Under the pieces are notes generated by a model. It was given only the letters and a program-made list of their open reading frames with translations. It did not search any database and was not told the DNA's origin. From the IMG/VR virus record IMGVR_UViG_3300037755_000473, positions 1,788 through 65,787 of that record: a stretch of 64,000 nucleotides of DNA. One strand, 5' to 3'. Of the stretch, positions 53,644-62,247 are shown piece by piece; position 1 is the stretch's first letter, and every line of letters begins with the position of its first letter. This DNA comes from a virus. Lineage: Duplodnaviria; Caudoviricetes. The position numbers and the translations under genes were made by a program.

Positions 53644-53658
53644 TTACACAGTGTGTAA
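53644..53658. promoter_or_regulatory. Palindromic operator-like site TTACACAGTGTGTAA
   Basis: Exact copy right after the stop of 53660..54391. Confidence 0.75.
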
Positions 53659-53659
53659 C

Positions 53660-54391
53660 TTACCCCAGGAGCGTGACTTCTGGAAAGGGGGGCATCTTCG
53701 ACCAGTCCTGTTGCGGCAGGATGAGCGCTTCTGCAAGCGCGTCGTTGAACCACTCCAACGACTCGGGCCGATACTTCTCCTTGAGCTTGCGCTCGTCGGG
53801 ATGCAGCAGCTCCCATCCATCCTCGTAGACCCCATCAGGGTAGGGCGACCTCACCTTTTTCCCCAATCGTGTGTCAAGCACATGCTCGGGCATGAACCCC
53901 ATGAGCTCGGGCCACACGCGTTCGATTTGCCCTGGTGTCGAGCAGAGCCGCGTGAGCGACGCCACTCGTTCCTTGACAGCCTTGTACTCCCAGCGATAGG
54001 ACTCGCTGCGAATCACCCAGTTGTGGATTTTCTCTCGCACATCGTAGGGCAAGTTCTCCCAGTCGATGCGGATCGAAACCAGCTTGGCGTCTGGCAACGT
54101 GAGTGTGATGCTGAACTCCGCTTCCGCGTTGTCGATGAAGATGCGGCTCGTGTAGCTCATGGCATCGCGGAACTTCTTGTTACGCTCCAACACCTGCCAC
54201 GCATCCCATTCGGATTCCATCATCGAGTACCGATAGACCTCTTGGATCGGGTCTTTGAAGATATCGAACTGATTAAGGTACTTCCAGCGATTCTCCATGA
54301 GCCTTACGACACGCTCGTGGATAGTGCGCCCTACTTCGTCCTGTCTGCTTCCTCCGCCTCCTCGTTTACTGAACCGATCCCCGCGGCTCAT
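53660..54391 (-). CDS. Hypothetical protein with a WPE motif (Nmad5-like, tentative)
   Basis: CSTPGQIERVWPELMGFMPE; ATGA overlap with the upstream gene. Confidence 0.65.
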   Translation of the reverse strand: MSRGDRFSKRGGGGSRQDEVGRTIHERVVRLMENRWKYLNQFDIFKDPIQEVYRYSMMESEWDAWQVLERNKKFRDAMSYTSRIFIDNAEAEFSITLTLPDAKLVSIRIDWENLPYDVREKIHNWVIRSESYRWEYKAVKERVASLTRLCSTPGQIERVWPELMGFMPEHVLDTRLGKKVRSPYPDGVYEDGWELLHPDERKLKEKYRPESLEWFNDALAEALILPQQDWSKMPPFPEVTLLG

Positions 54392-55146
54392 GACACACCT
54401 TCGGGGAACTTGACCCACGCAACCAGATCAACATCTGACAGCAAACTGCACGTCGCCAGCATGTCAGTGATCTCGTCTCGGTTGCGCTTGATCGGTAGCG
54501 TCTTGACTGTGCGCACGTTGATCTTCTCCACGTGCCTGCTAACGTTCGCCGGCATTTCACCGATGAACGGCAGCAGCTCGGGCCACAGCGCCTTGATGTG
54601 CTCCGGATGCTTCGCTTCCTGAATGAACCCCCGCAGCTGCTCCAACACGCCTTCGATTTTGTCGTGAATCTCGAGCGCGTCGTTGATCCAGTGGTTGACC
54701 AAATCGAAGTGCGGGTTGCTCTTGGCGTACAGCAACGTCTCCGATATGTCCGTAGGGGCCGGCACTGGCTGATCGTTCTTTACCCAGAACGTCTCGTGCG
54801 TGAAATCGCGCCCCTCCACATGGAAGTGTGCAACCGGTTCGACATTCAAGGCTTTCGCGAGGTTCTGCCAGCGTGCATCGTCTGCCGTGCGCTCAAGGAA
54901 CAACTCCAACGGGTACACCGTCTCGAAGAAGTCCCGCGGCTTCAAGGGAAACAGCCGCACCTGCCTGTAGCGAATGACGAGCTTTTTCAAGTGTGTCGTC
55001 ATAAGTGAAACGGGGGTCCCAGGACCCCCGCCACCGTACATCGCTCCAAGTGCCGCCGACTTCCCCATCTGCCGCGCCATTGCTTGGTGCGTAGCGGTGA
55101 AGCGTTTGGGCGGCTTAGGCGTCGTCATCTTCGTCATCCTCCTCAT
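54388..55146 (-). CDS. Hypothetical protein with a WPE motif (Nmad5-like, tentative)
   Basis: AKHPEHIKALWPELLPFIGE. Confidence 0.65.
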   Translation of the reverse strand: MRRMTKMTTPKPPKRFTATHQAMARQMGKSAALGAMYGGGGPGTPVSLMTTHLKKLVIRYRQVRLFPLKPRDFFETVYPLELFLERTADDARWQNLAKALNVEPVAHFHVEGRDFTHETFWVKNDQPVPAPTDISETLLYAKSNPHFDLVNHWINDALEIHDKIEGVLEQLRGFIQEAKHPEHIKALWPELLPFIGEMPANVSRHVEKINVRTVKTLPIKRNRDEITDMLATCSLLSDVDLVAWVKFPEGVS

Positions 55147-56320
55147 CCTCGTCGGAATCGTAGGCGTTGATGTCGATGTCGATCAGATCGCCCCACGGTG
55201 CCTTCGCGTTCTTCGTCGTGCTGCACCAAATGACCGGGTATTCCGGAGCTTCGTTCGGGAACGCTCCGTACATGTCGGTGAAGTACAGCAGCGTCGCCGG
55301 CTCGGCATCCTCCTTCGTGACCCAATCGAACACCGGGATGAAGGACGTACCGCCACCACCTTTCAGCGGCGGCATGTTGTCCAGCAACGAGTCGCCATCC
55401 ATCAGCTCGGTCACGTCATGCACGTCGGCGTCGCACGCGATCACCGTGCAGCGAATCGGCTTCGCCGTGTCGAGGATGTTTTGCAGCTCGCTCATGAACG
55501 CCGTCAGCTCTTTCTCTTGGATCGAGCCTGACGTGTCCACTGCCACCACGATGTGCCCCGCGCAGTACCCGGTAAAACTAGGCATCACGACGCCTTGGTT
55601 GATGAGCCGCCGCTTGTTCGGCTTCGCCCACGTCGTGTCGTCACGGCTTGCCGACCGAGTGACCATGTGCCGCAGCTTCTCCTGCCACGGCACACGCGGG
55701 TTGAGCAGCTTGTCGACGAACCGCTCCAGTTGCTCCGGCAACTTGCCCATCGCCTTCGCTGCATTTGCAGCAGACTTGGCAGCACGCTTCCATTCGGCAG
55801 CGTTCGCTTTGTCGGGCGCGAGGATGTGCTGATCGAAGCCGCCGTCCTTCGATGGCGGATTCTTCATGACCTCTCGGTACACATCGTCCACGAGCATGTC
55901 GCTGTTGTACTGCGGGTTCAGCAGGCCCATGCTCGGCATCTTGCCGATCTTCGACTTCACCAACATGTCGTTGATGACGTAATCGCCCGCGTAGTTCCAC
56001 GCACGAGCGTTGAAGGGTTTCCCTTCGAAGCCCGCGTCGTGATAACGCTTCCCCCGCCCCATGTGCTGCCACATGGCGTGACCGACCTCGTGGCAGATCA
56101 CGAACACCGCCTCGGGCAGCGGCATCTTGTCGAGGAAATCCTCGTCGATATAGATCGTCTTGCCATCCGTGGCAGCCGTCTCCTGACCCGGTGGCCAGAT
56201 ATTCATGAACTTCCCGACCTTCATGTCCATCATGTCGAGAAGCAAGCTCGCGAAGAACGGCACGTGCAGCAGCATCGCCGTCTTGACCTCCGTGATCTTT
56301 CGGTTCTCTTGAGTCGTCAT
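55115..56320 (-). CDS. DUF2201-type metallopeptidase plus VWA domain protein
   Basis: TAATDGKTIY, CHEVGH (HExxH), VDTSGS MIDAS, GGGGTSF, YFTDMYG; acidic tail. Confidence 0.88.
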   Translation of the reverse strand: MTTQENRKITEVKTAMLLHVPFFASLLLDMMDMKVGKFMNIWPPGQETAATDGKTIYIDEDFLDKMPLPEAVFVICHEVGHAMWQHMGRGKRYHDAGFEGKPFNARAWNYAGDYVINDMLVKSKIGKMPSMGLLNPQYNSDMLVDDVYREVMKNPPSKDGGFDQHILAPDKANAAEWKRAAKSAANAAKAMGKLPEQLERFVDKLLNPRVPWQEKLRHMVTRSASRDDTTWAKPNKRRLINQGVVMPSFTGYCAGHIVVAVDTSGSIQEKELTAFMSELQNILDTAKPIRCTVIACDADVHDVTELMDGDSLLDNMPPLKGGGGTSFIPVFDWVTKEDAEPATLLYFTDMYGAFPNEAPEYPVIWCSTTKNAKAPWGDLIDIDINAYDSDEDEEDDEDDDA

Positions 56321-56333
56321 CGTCAGAGTCTCC

Positions 56334-56348
56334 TTACACAGTGTGTAA
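56334..56348. promoter_or_regulatory. Palindromic operator-like site abutting the RBS of the VWA gene
   Basis: Exact copy TTACACAGTGTGTAA adjacent to GGAGA. Confidence 0.75.
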
Positions 56349-56349
56349 A

Positions 56350-56901
56350 TTACATCAATGCCTTGAACGGAAGCAGGACCTCGGGACCGGATTCGAACCA
56401 CGCCACGACGCGTTGCCGCTTTGCCAGCGTCTTCTTCATTTCCGCATCCACGAACAGCCGCACTTCTTTATAGCGTGCGCTATCGTCGCCCTCTTTCCAC
56501 GCAGCGGAGCTGTTGATCTTCAACCAGCCGTCCACCGAGTCGAACCGCATGTGTTGCGACTGCACCTTGCCAGTCACTCCGCACAGCGCCTGCAACGAAC
56601 GCCCGAATTCGCTCCGCTCGGGGCTCAGTCGGCCTAGCGACTGCGGGTCCATGTAAAGCTCCATGTACTGTCGGCAAATGTAGCCGACCTTCACGTGCTC
56701 CACTGGACACGCTCGCAGCACCATCTGAGTCCAAACAAATACGTTGCCGTTTCGAGCGACAGCGTACCCGCGCAGGATATTGGCCTTAACCTTGCGCTTG
56801 AGCTCATCAGGCAGGAGGCCGAACCGGAAACGCGTTGCACCTACGTATTGCATCGCCGCGTCGAGCTTGACCTTGTGGTTTTCGCTCCGTCGCCGGTTCA
56901 A
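56350..56901 (-). CDS. Hypothetical protein in the MoxR cassette
   Basis: 183-aa ORF filling the gap. Confidence 0.65.
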   Translation of the reverse strand: MNRRRSENHKVKLDAAMQYVGATRFRFGLLPDELKRKVKANILRGYAVARNGNVFVWTQMVLRACPVEHVKVGYICRQYMELYMDPQSLGRLSPERSEFGRSLQALCGVTGKVQSQHMRFDSVDGWLKINSSAAWKEGDDSARYKEVRLFVDAEMKKTLAKRQRVVAWFESGPEVLLPFKALM

Positions 56902-56951
56902 CTTCCACAGCTAGACATAGCGGTTCCAAGCCGCATCTGCCGTCTCTGGCT

Positions 56952-58337
56952 TCACGGCTTCTCGTCCATCATTTCGAGCGCGCCCTTCGCGTACTTGGCA
57001 AGCGTCTTGCGAAGGTGCTCGTCCTTGCGAATGTCGACGGCCTCGTGCATCGTCAGGTGCTTCTCGATGTAGAAGCGCACGCTCTCGATACGCTGATCGC
57101 CGATGACGTTCAGGTGCTTCAAGAGCTTGGCCTGCTCCCGAAGGTTCTCCACCATCGTCGTGTGAAACAGCGCGTCGGGATTGCCTAGACGCTCAGCAGC
57201 GTGCGACACGATCTCGTGCAGCCGCACCCATGCGTCCTGCATCGCGTTCTCCAACATGACGTTGGTCTTGCGCTGCATCGCGTCCGCGAGCTTATCGACC
57301 TGGGCCTGTGCGAGCCCCTTGAAGTCGTCTCCCAACGGGATGGGCATGAAGTCGAACGACAGATCGAAGTGCTGCCCAATCGACGAGCTGTGCGGATACT
57401 CGGCCTGGTTGAACCGCGTACCCAGCTTCGTCTTGGCGAGGTTCACCAAGCCTGGGTAGGCAGGGATGAAGTCGGCGAGCGCCTGCTTCATTTCCTGCTT
57501 CGCGTGTGCCATCGCCGTCGTGTACTCCATGAACAGCGTGTTCGGGAGCAGCCGTGCCCCCGTGCGCTTCCCGCTCTCAGCAGCCGACACCGTGCTCCAC
57601 GGGAGCGTCATGTCGTAGTGCTTCGCACGAGCAATGTCGAGCGCCTTGTGGATGCGCTTCAACTTCTCGTCTGCACCCACGAGCAGCCGCTTGTGTGTGT
57701 CGAACGCTTCGGAGTCTGCGCCGGACGCAGTAGCCGCATCCTTCGACGCCTGGCGATCCTTCACCTTGGCGTGCCAACGCTTCGTCTGCAACGACACCAG
57801 CGTGCCGAAGTTCCGAATGTCGATGGCCTCCGCGATCTCGTCGTTGGTGAACGTCGGGATGTGAATCTGCGGACCCGACGCCTTGGCTGGCATGGTTGCC
57901 ACACCTGGGCTCAGCTCGGCCTCGGCTTCCTCTGCCGTGCCTGACAGCTCCCCCTGCACTTGTGATAACGACCCCCCCTCTTCGGCCATGAGCCCCCGCA
58001 GGATGTCCTCATCCGACGCGTCGCCTTCCGGCTCCACATGCGTGTGGGAAGCCTGAACCGGGCTTTCCTCTTCAGCGCCGGCCTCGAGCTCGTCTAAAAC
58101 GTCGTCAGCTGCGCCGTTGACGATCCTGTCCAGAGCAGCCATCGGATCGTCATCGTCGTCCACGGCGGGTTTGGCGGCGCGAGGGCGCTCCTCGTACACC
58201 TCCGCCTCCATCGCTTCCTCCGCCTGGATATCGGGCGGGTCAGCGTCGGTAGGTGCGCTCTCCACGGGCTCGTCCAGCAACCCTGCAAGTAGGTCTTGCA
58301 GATCGCCGTCGAGACCGCTCTCACTTTCCTTCGTCAT
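56952..58337 (-). CDS. DUF3150-like protein with a long acidic N-terminal extension
   Basis: HYDMTLPW...GARLLP...F..YP.L...LGTRFNQAEYP...F.F.PIP pattern; first ~150 aa Asp/Glu-rich. Confidence 0.65.
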   Translation of the reverse strand: MTKESESGLDGDLQDLLAGLLDEPVESAPTDADPPDIQAEEAMEAEVYEERPRAAKPAVDDDDDPMAALDRIVNGAADDVLDELEAGAEEESPVQASHTHVEPEGDASDEDILRGLMAEEGGSLSQVQGELSGTAEEAEAELSPGVATMPAKASGPQIHIPTFTNDEIAEAIDIRNFGTLVSLQTKRWHAKVKDRQASKDAATASGADSEAFDTHKRLLVGADEKLKRIHKALDIARAKHYDMTLPWSTVSAAESGKRTGARLLPNTLFMEYTTAMAHAKQEMKQALADFIPAYPGLVNLAKTKLGTRFNQAEYPHSSSIGQHFDLSFDFMPIPLGDDFKGLAQAQVDKLADAMQRKTNVMLENAMQDAWVRLHEIVSHAAERLGNPDALFHTTMVENLREQAKLLKHLNVIGDQRIESVRFYIEKHLTMHEAVDIRKDEHLRKTLAKYAKGALEMMDEKP

Positions 58338-58365
58338 CGTCAGTCTCCTGCCACGTGTGTGGCGA

Positions 58366-59472
58366 TTAGTTGTTCCGGTCGAGGAGGTTGGCGTTCATCA
58401 CCAACTCTTTGTTCTCGCGGAGCCACTCAGCAAAGCCCTTGCTCTGCACGAGCGCGCCCGACCGGGTGAGCGCCGACTTGAGACCAGCCACCTGGAACTC
58501 TTTCGGCATGCGCTTGAGATACTCGAACGCCGGCTTCGCCGTGTCCTTGTCGACGCGGTACGAAACCATCTGCATCGTCGCGTACTGCGCGTCGGGCCGG
58601 TCACTCTCGGGCAGCCGGCACTTCTTCGGGTCCTTGACGATATCTTCGAACGCCGGGATTTGCTGCGCGACTCGCAAGAAGCTCACGAACTGCGCGGCCA
58701 CGCCCTCGCCGATAGTACCGGCAGCGGCCTCGGTGAACAGCTCGATGGGCATCGTGTCGATCAGATACGACAGCTTCACGAGCGAGCGCGGAGTGCAGAA
58801 CGGCCCGCCCTTCTGCGGGACCTCATTCGTGAACACGACGCCCGGATTCACCTTGGCGAACGCGACCGCCGTCCAATGGATCGCCTTCTTCTCGGCCCAC
58901 GCAACCCAAGCGTCCAGCTCGGGAGTGATCGTGATGAGCATGCGGCGATTGGAAACGAACGCCAGCTCACGTTGCACACCGCTGCGGTCGCTCTCGCGGT
59001 TGCTCGCGGCGACGACCATCCACCCCGGTGGCAGCGACGACTCGCCGACACGCCCGTTGAGCAGCAGCTCGGCAGCGGGCTTCTGAACGTCATGGGACGC
59101 CTGTCGGAACTCGTCCAAGAACAGGATGCCGTGCGCCGGATCGTGTGAGCCAGGGACCCACGGTGCCCGCGTGAACTGCATGATCGCGTTGCCGTCGCTA
59201 TCCTTGCTCGGCACTGCGAAACCACGCACGTCCGGAGCTTCGACGGTCGAGAGGAAGAACGTCTTGCACGCGACCTCCTGCCCGATGAAGTCCCGGTGCG
59301 GCTTGCCAGGGCCGTTGCAATTCGGGTTGCCCAACTCTTCGGCAACCTGCGCAACGCAGTCCGACTTGCCGATGCCGGGGCCGGATTGCAACTCGATGCT
59401 CATGCGAACGCCCGTCTTGAGCTGTTGGTTGAACACGGTCTTGATGAGGGTCTTTGCTTGCTGAATGTTCAT
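58366..59472 (-). CDS. MoxR-like AAA+ ATPase
   Basis: GPGIGKS Walker A, ILFLDEF Walker B, VAASNR sensor I, FCTPRS. Confidence 0.88.
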   Translation of the reverse strand: MNIQQAKTLIKTVFNQQLKTGVRMSIELQSGPGIGKSDCVAQVAEELGNPNCNGPGKPHRDFIGQEVACKTFFLSTVEAPDVRGFAVPSKDSDGNAIMQFTRAPWVPGSHDPAHGILFLDEFRQASHDVQKPAAELLLNGRVGESSLPPGWMVVAASNRESDRSGVQRELAFVSNRRMLITITPELDAWVAWAEKKAIHWTAVAFAKVNPGVVFTNEVPQKGGPFCTPRSLVKLSYLIDTMPIELFTEAAAGTIGEGVAAQFVSFLRVAQQIPAFEDIVKDPKKCRLPESDRPDAQYATMQMVSYRVDKDTAKPAFEYLKRMPKEFQVAGLKSALTRSGALVQSKGFAEWLRENKELVMNANLLDRNN

Positions 59473-59534
59473 CGTCAGATATCCTTCCTATAGGATTGTG
59501 GAATTGATTGTGCAGTCGAAAACAAACTAGATCA

Positions 59535-60086
59535 CTATTTTTTCTTGGCCTTCTTCTCCTTCGGTAGATCGAACATGATTGACAAAGCGCGATGCGCAGC
59601 CGTGAGACCGTTGGTCATCATCAGCCGCTGGTACATCGACAGCTCTCGATACGCCGGCAGTGCGTAGATGCGTGCTGTGCAGGACTTCGCCATGCGTAGC
59701 CAGGCCGCGGCTTCGAGCATGTCGTCATCCGTTTCGTAGTCGCGTCGCAACAGCAATGTCACTTCGCACGTGTCGTTGTACGTCTCCTTCGGCAAGTTCA
59801 CGAATGGCGTCTTGGTCGTGTTCATGCAGAACGACGCCATCGGTTCGAGCCGTTTCCAGTCACGCTCGTCAATCGGGCCAGCGAAGATGAAGTCCGCTGA
59901 TCCGATATAGCTCGCTCGTGACTGGTCGGGGAACAGATTTGGCACGTTGAGTATCTCCTTGGCAATGCTAGAGGGAATGTACGCGGGTCTACCCCAATCG
60001 AACTTCCCGTTGATCCGCTGGTCGATCTCGTCGATCAGCATCTTCTGTATTCGCGGTGTGAACGCGTTCATCGGGATCATGGTCAC
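59535..60086 (-). CDS. Hypothetical protein
   Basis: GTG 60086 with AGGAGG RBS next to an operator site. Confidence 0.7.
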   Translation of the reverse strand: MTMIPMNAFTPRIQKMLIDEIDQRINGKFDWGRPAYIPSSIAKEILNVPNLFPDQSRASYIGSADFIFAGPIDERDWKRLEPMASFCMNTTKTPFVNLPKETYNDTCEVTLLLRRDYETDDDMLEAAAWLRMAKSCTARIYALPAYRELSMYQRLMMTNGLTAAHRALSIMFDLPKEKKAKKK

Positions 60087-60099
60087 GACAAGCCTCCTT

Positions 60100-60114
60100 T
60101 TACACACTGTGTAA
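60100..60114. promoter_or_regulatory. Palindromic operator-like site
   Basis: Exact copy immediately upstream of the AGGAGG RBS. Confidence 0.75.
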
Positions 60115-60137
60115 TAAACCAGAATCGTGTGCGTTTT

Positions 60138-60407
60138 TCAACGCCGGCGTGCGTGTTTCTGTCGATAGGTCCACCGGTGCGCGACGCGGCAGTGCTCTTT
60201 GCCACAGTATCCGCAAACCCGTATCCATCGACTTTGCGAAAAATGCGCATACAGCAGACAGCCCGCGGTGATAACGGCCGCCGTGGTCCAGCCGACCCAC
60301 CACCAAGGCGACGGCAGCCATGACACAGCCGTGGTGACAGCCAGCATGACGACGAGCCAGATCGTTGAGAAACGCACGCCCGCGATGCGCATAAAGTCCC
60401 TCGTCAT
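60138..60407 (-). CDS. Small membrane protein with a C-terminal Cys cluster
   Basis: Two TM segments and CGYCGKEHC. Confidence 0.55.
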   Translation of the reverse strand: MTRDFMRIAGVRFSTIWLVVMLAVTTAVSWLPSPWWWVGWTTAAVITAGCLLYAHFSQSRWIRVCGYCGKEHCRVAHRWTYRQKHARRR

Positions 60408-60673
60408 AACGGGTCCCTCAGTGACTTATCGTGCCAGCCGTCGCACGCGTCGATCCACCGCATCCAATCGGCCATCGACCACGGCGCGTGCGCTACATCA
60501 GGAACGCGGACGCTATACTTGCCATCCACGAACGCGATCCTTCGCGCTTCTTTCCGTGCCCACTTGGCAAACTCGTCAGGAGATTTGACACCCCCGGTGA
60601 GCGCAGCCATGAACTCTTCGTCCGACATACCGGGGCCGCTTGCGCCGCTAGTCGGGAGCTTCGGATCACCCAT
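60404..60673 (-). CDS. Hypothetical protein
   Basis: RBS GAGGAGG; coupled to the downstream gene. Confidence 0.55.
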   Translation of the reverse strand: MGDPKLPTSGASGPGMSDEEFMAALTGGVKSPDEFAKWARKEARRIAFVDGKYSVRVPDVAHAPWSMADWMRWIDACDGWHDKSLRDPL

Positions 60674-60709
60674 TCTTCGTACCTCCTCTTGTTGCGTTGT
60701 TGAATGTGG

Positions 60710-61081
60710 TCAAGTGCCTTGTCGGGGTAGCTTTCTAATCCTCTGCCGTTCAGCCTTTGCCGCAGCAGTTCGGCGTAGTTCGGTCTCACGTGTATCCTCC
60801 TTCCTATATACAACCATCGCGTCGCTGTAGCGCATGGCGACCTTCTCCATGACCTCACTGATGCGCTCGACGTGCCGCGCGTGTGACAAAGGCGCAGCAA
60901 TCAGTGCAATGACCTCGAGCGCGTACTGCCCGAACGCCGCAAGTCCCTGCACGTAGTCCACGAGTGCATTAGGATCAGCGAGCCGCTCCTTGTAGAGCTT
61001 GATGAGGTTGCCATTTTCATGCAGCTGTTGCCGGGCACGCTTCAGCTTGCGTTTGCTACTGTTGCTCATTTTTCTACCCAT
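60710..61081 (-). CDS. Hypothetical protein (start uncertain)
   Basis: Helical ORF in the early region. Confidence 0.5.
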   Translation of the reverse strand: MGRKMSNSSKRKLKRARQQLHENGNLIKLYKERLADPNALVDYVQGLAAFGQYALEVIALIAAPLSHARHVERISEVMEKVAMRYSDAMVVYRKEDTRETELRRTAAAKAERQRIRKLPRQGT

Positions 61082-61094
61082 TTGTGTGCGTCGT

Positions 61095-61280
61095 TCATGA
61101 TAACGACCCTTCGAGTTTGCCCACCATGATGAGCTTTTGGTTGATGACGACCGCATACCATTGGTCCCACTCCAACTGTGCTGTGAAGTGAAGGATGACC
61201 TCGGGCAGCGGCATCTTAAGGGCGCTAATGTCCGCGCCGTCGTGCGTGCGGATGAGCGTTACTTCATCGCTTTCGAGCAT
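61095..61280 (-). CDS. Small hypothetical protein
   Basis: Overlap-coupled ORF. Confidence 0.5.
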   Translation of the reverse strand: MLESDEVTLIRTHDGADISALKMPLPEVILHFTAQLEWDQWYAVVINQKLIMVGKLEGSLS

Positions 61281-61536
61281 TGAAGTACTTCCGTAGCGGC
61301 TCGACGCTATCGGCTTGCAACGCTTCGTTCATGACACGCAGCAAATCGTTCTGCTTTCGCAGCTCGATACGCGCCGCCTTGATTGCTTCGAGCATTGGCA
61401 GCTGATTAAGCGTGTAGTACACCGCAACAGCGCCAAGCAACGCAGACACCACGTTGTCCTCGGTCGGCTCGATCATCGCGCCTGACCACACCACGCCGCA
61501 GCCGACGTAGATGGCAATCGCAAATAGAATGTTCAT
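61264..61536 (-). CDS. Small membrane protein
   Basis: Two TM segments; GGAGA RBS next to an operator site. Confidence 0.65.
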   Translation of the reverse strand: MNILFAIAIYVGCGVVWSGAMIEPTEDNVVSALLGAVAVYYTLNQLPMLEAIKAARIELRKQNDLLRVMNEALQADSVEPLRKYFNARKR

Positions 61537-61545
61537 CGTCTCTCC

Positions 61546-61560
61546 TTACACACTGTGTAA
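61546..61560. promoter_or_regulatory. Palindromic operator-like site
   Basis: Exact copy between a terminator and an RBS. Confidence 0.75.
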
Positions 61561-61585
61561 AACAGGGGCGCTCTGACCGCCCCGT
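61559..61585 (-). terminator. Terminator, copy 1 of an identical 27-bp repeat
   Basis: GGGGCG-GTCAGAG-CGCCCC-TGTTTT on the - strand; identical to 62215-62241. Confidence 0.75.
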
Positions 61586-61590
61586 CGTAG

Positions 61591-62190
61591 TTACTGCAAA
61601 CCGAGAATCGCGTTCAGCTCCGACGACTGGATCACGAGCGCAGTGCCAATCGGCTCAGGCTTGAAGAAACCCTCGGGCATGAGCGCGAGGACCTCGGGCC
61701 ATCGTTCGATCAGCTGGTCGCACGTTCTGCATTGGCTCAGGAAGCCATCGACCTTGCGTTGCAGCTCGTTGCGCTTCGAACGCCACTGCTCGCTGATGAA
61801 CTCGTCCTCTGCCAGTATGCGCGACTTCGGGCTGTCGAGCTTCGGGTTGCGCGTCTCGTAGTGATGCGCGTGGATAAAGAGCTTCGGCTCTGAGAAGTGC
61901 AGCAAGACGGACTCGTGCCCGTCGTTGCGCATTGACTTGATGTGAACGCGCTGGTTGATCGCATTCGGAAGCCAGCCCAAGGGCAGCTTCTTCATGCGAG
62001 ACCGCTCTGCCGCCGTGTATATCTCGTTGTACACCGCATCGTGGAGCTTCTTCTGCTCCTTCGACCCGCGTACCATCCACGGCCGCTTCTTCGCAGCAGT
62101 GCGACAGTCCTCGTCGAACTTGTTGAGCGCAGCCATCATGATTTCGCTGCGCACATCGTTGTTGAGCTTTCGGTATTGCTTGCTAGCCAT
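61591..62190 (-). CDS. Nmad5-like (nucleotide modification-associated domain 5) protein
   Basis: KLNNDVRSEIM N-terminus and CRTCDQLIERWPEVLALMP...ELNAILGL C-terminus typical of Nmad5. Confidence 0.7.
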   Translation of the reverse strand: MASKQYRKLNNDVRSEIMMAALNKFDEDCRTAAKKRPWMVRGSKEQKKLHDAVYNEIYTAAERSRMKKLPLGWLPNAINQRVHIKSMRNDGHESVLLHFSEPKLFIHAHHYETRNPKLDSPKSRILAEDEFISEQWRSKRNELQRKVDGFLSQCRTCDQLIERWPEVLALMPEGFFKPEPIGTALVIQSSELNAILGLQ

Positions 62191-62214
62191 TGTCGTTTCC
62201 TCTACGTGTGTTGA

Positions 62215-62241
62215 AAAACAGGGGCGCTCTGACCGCCCCGT
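62215..62241 (-). terminator. Terminator, copy 2 of an identical 27-bp repeat
   Basis: Identical to 61559-61585. Confidence 0.75.
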
Positions 62242-62247
62242 GGTGAA

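Noticed and set aside
60493-60790. Extra - strand ORF starting GTG 60790 with a GGAGG RBS
   Set aside because: It overlaps two better-supported ORFs extensively; cannot be resolved without homologs.
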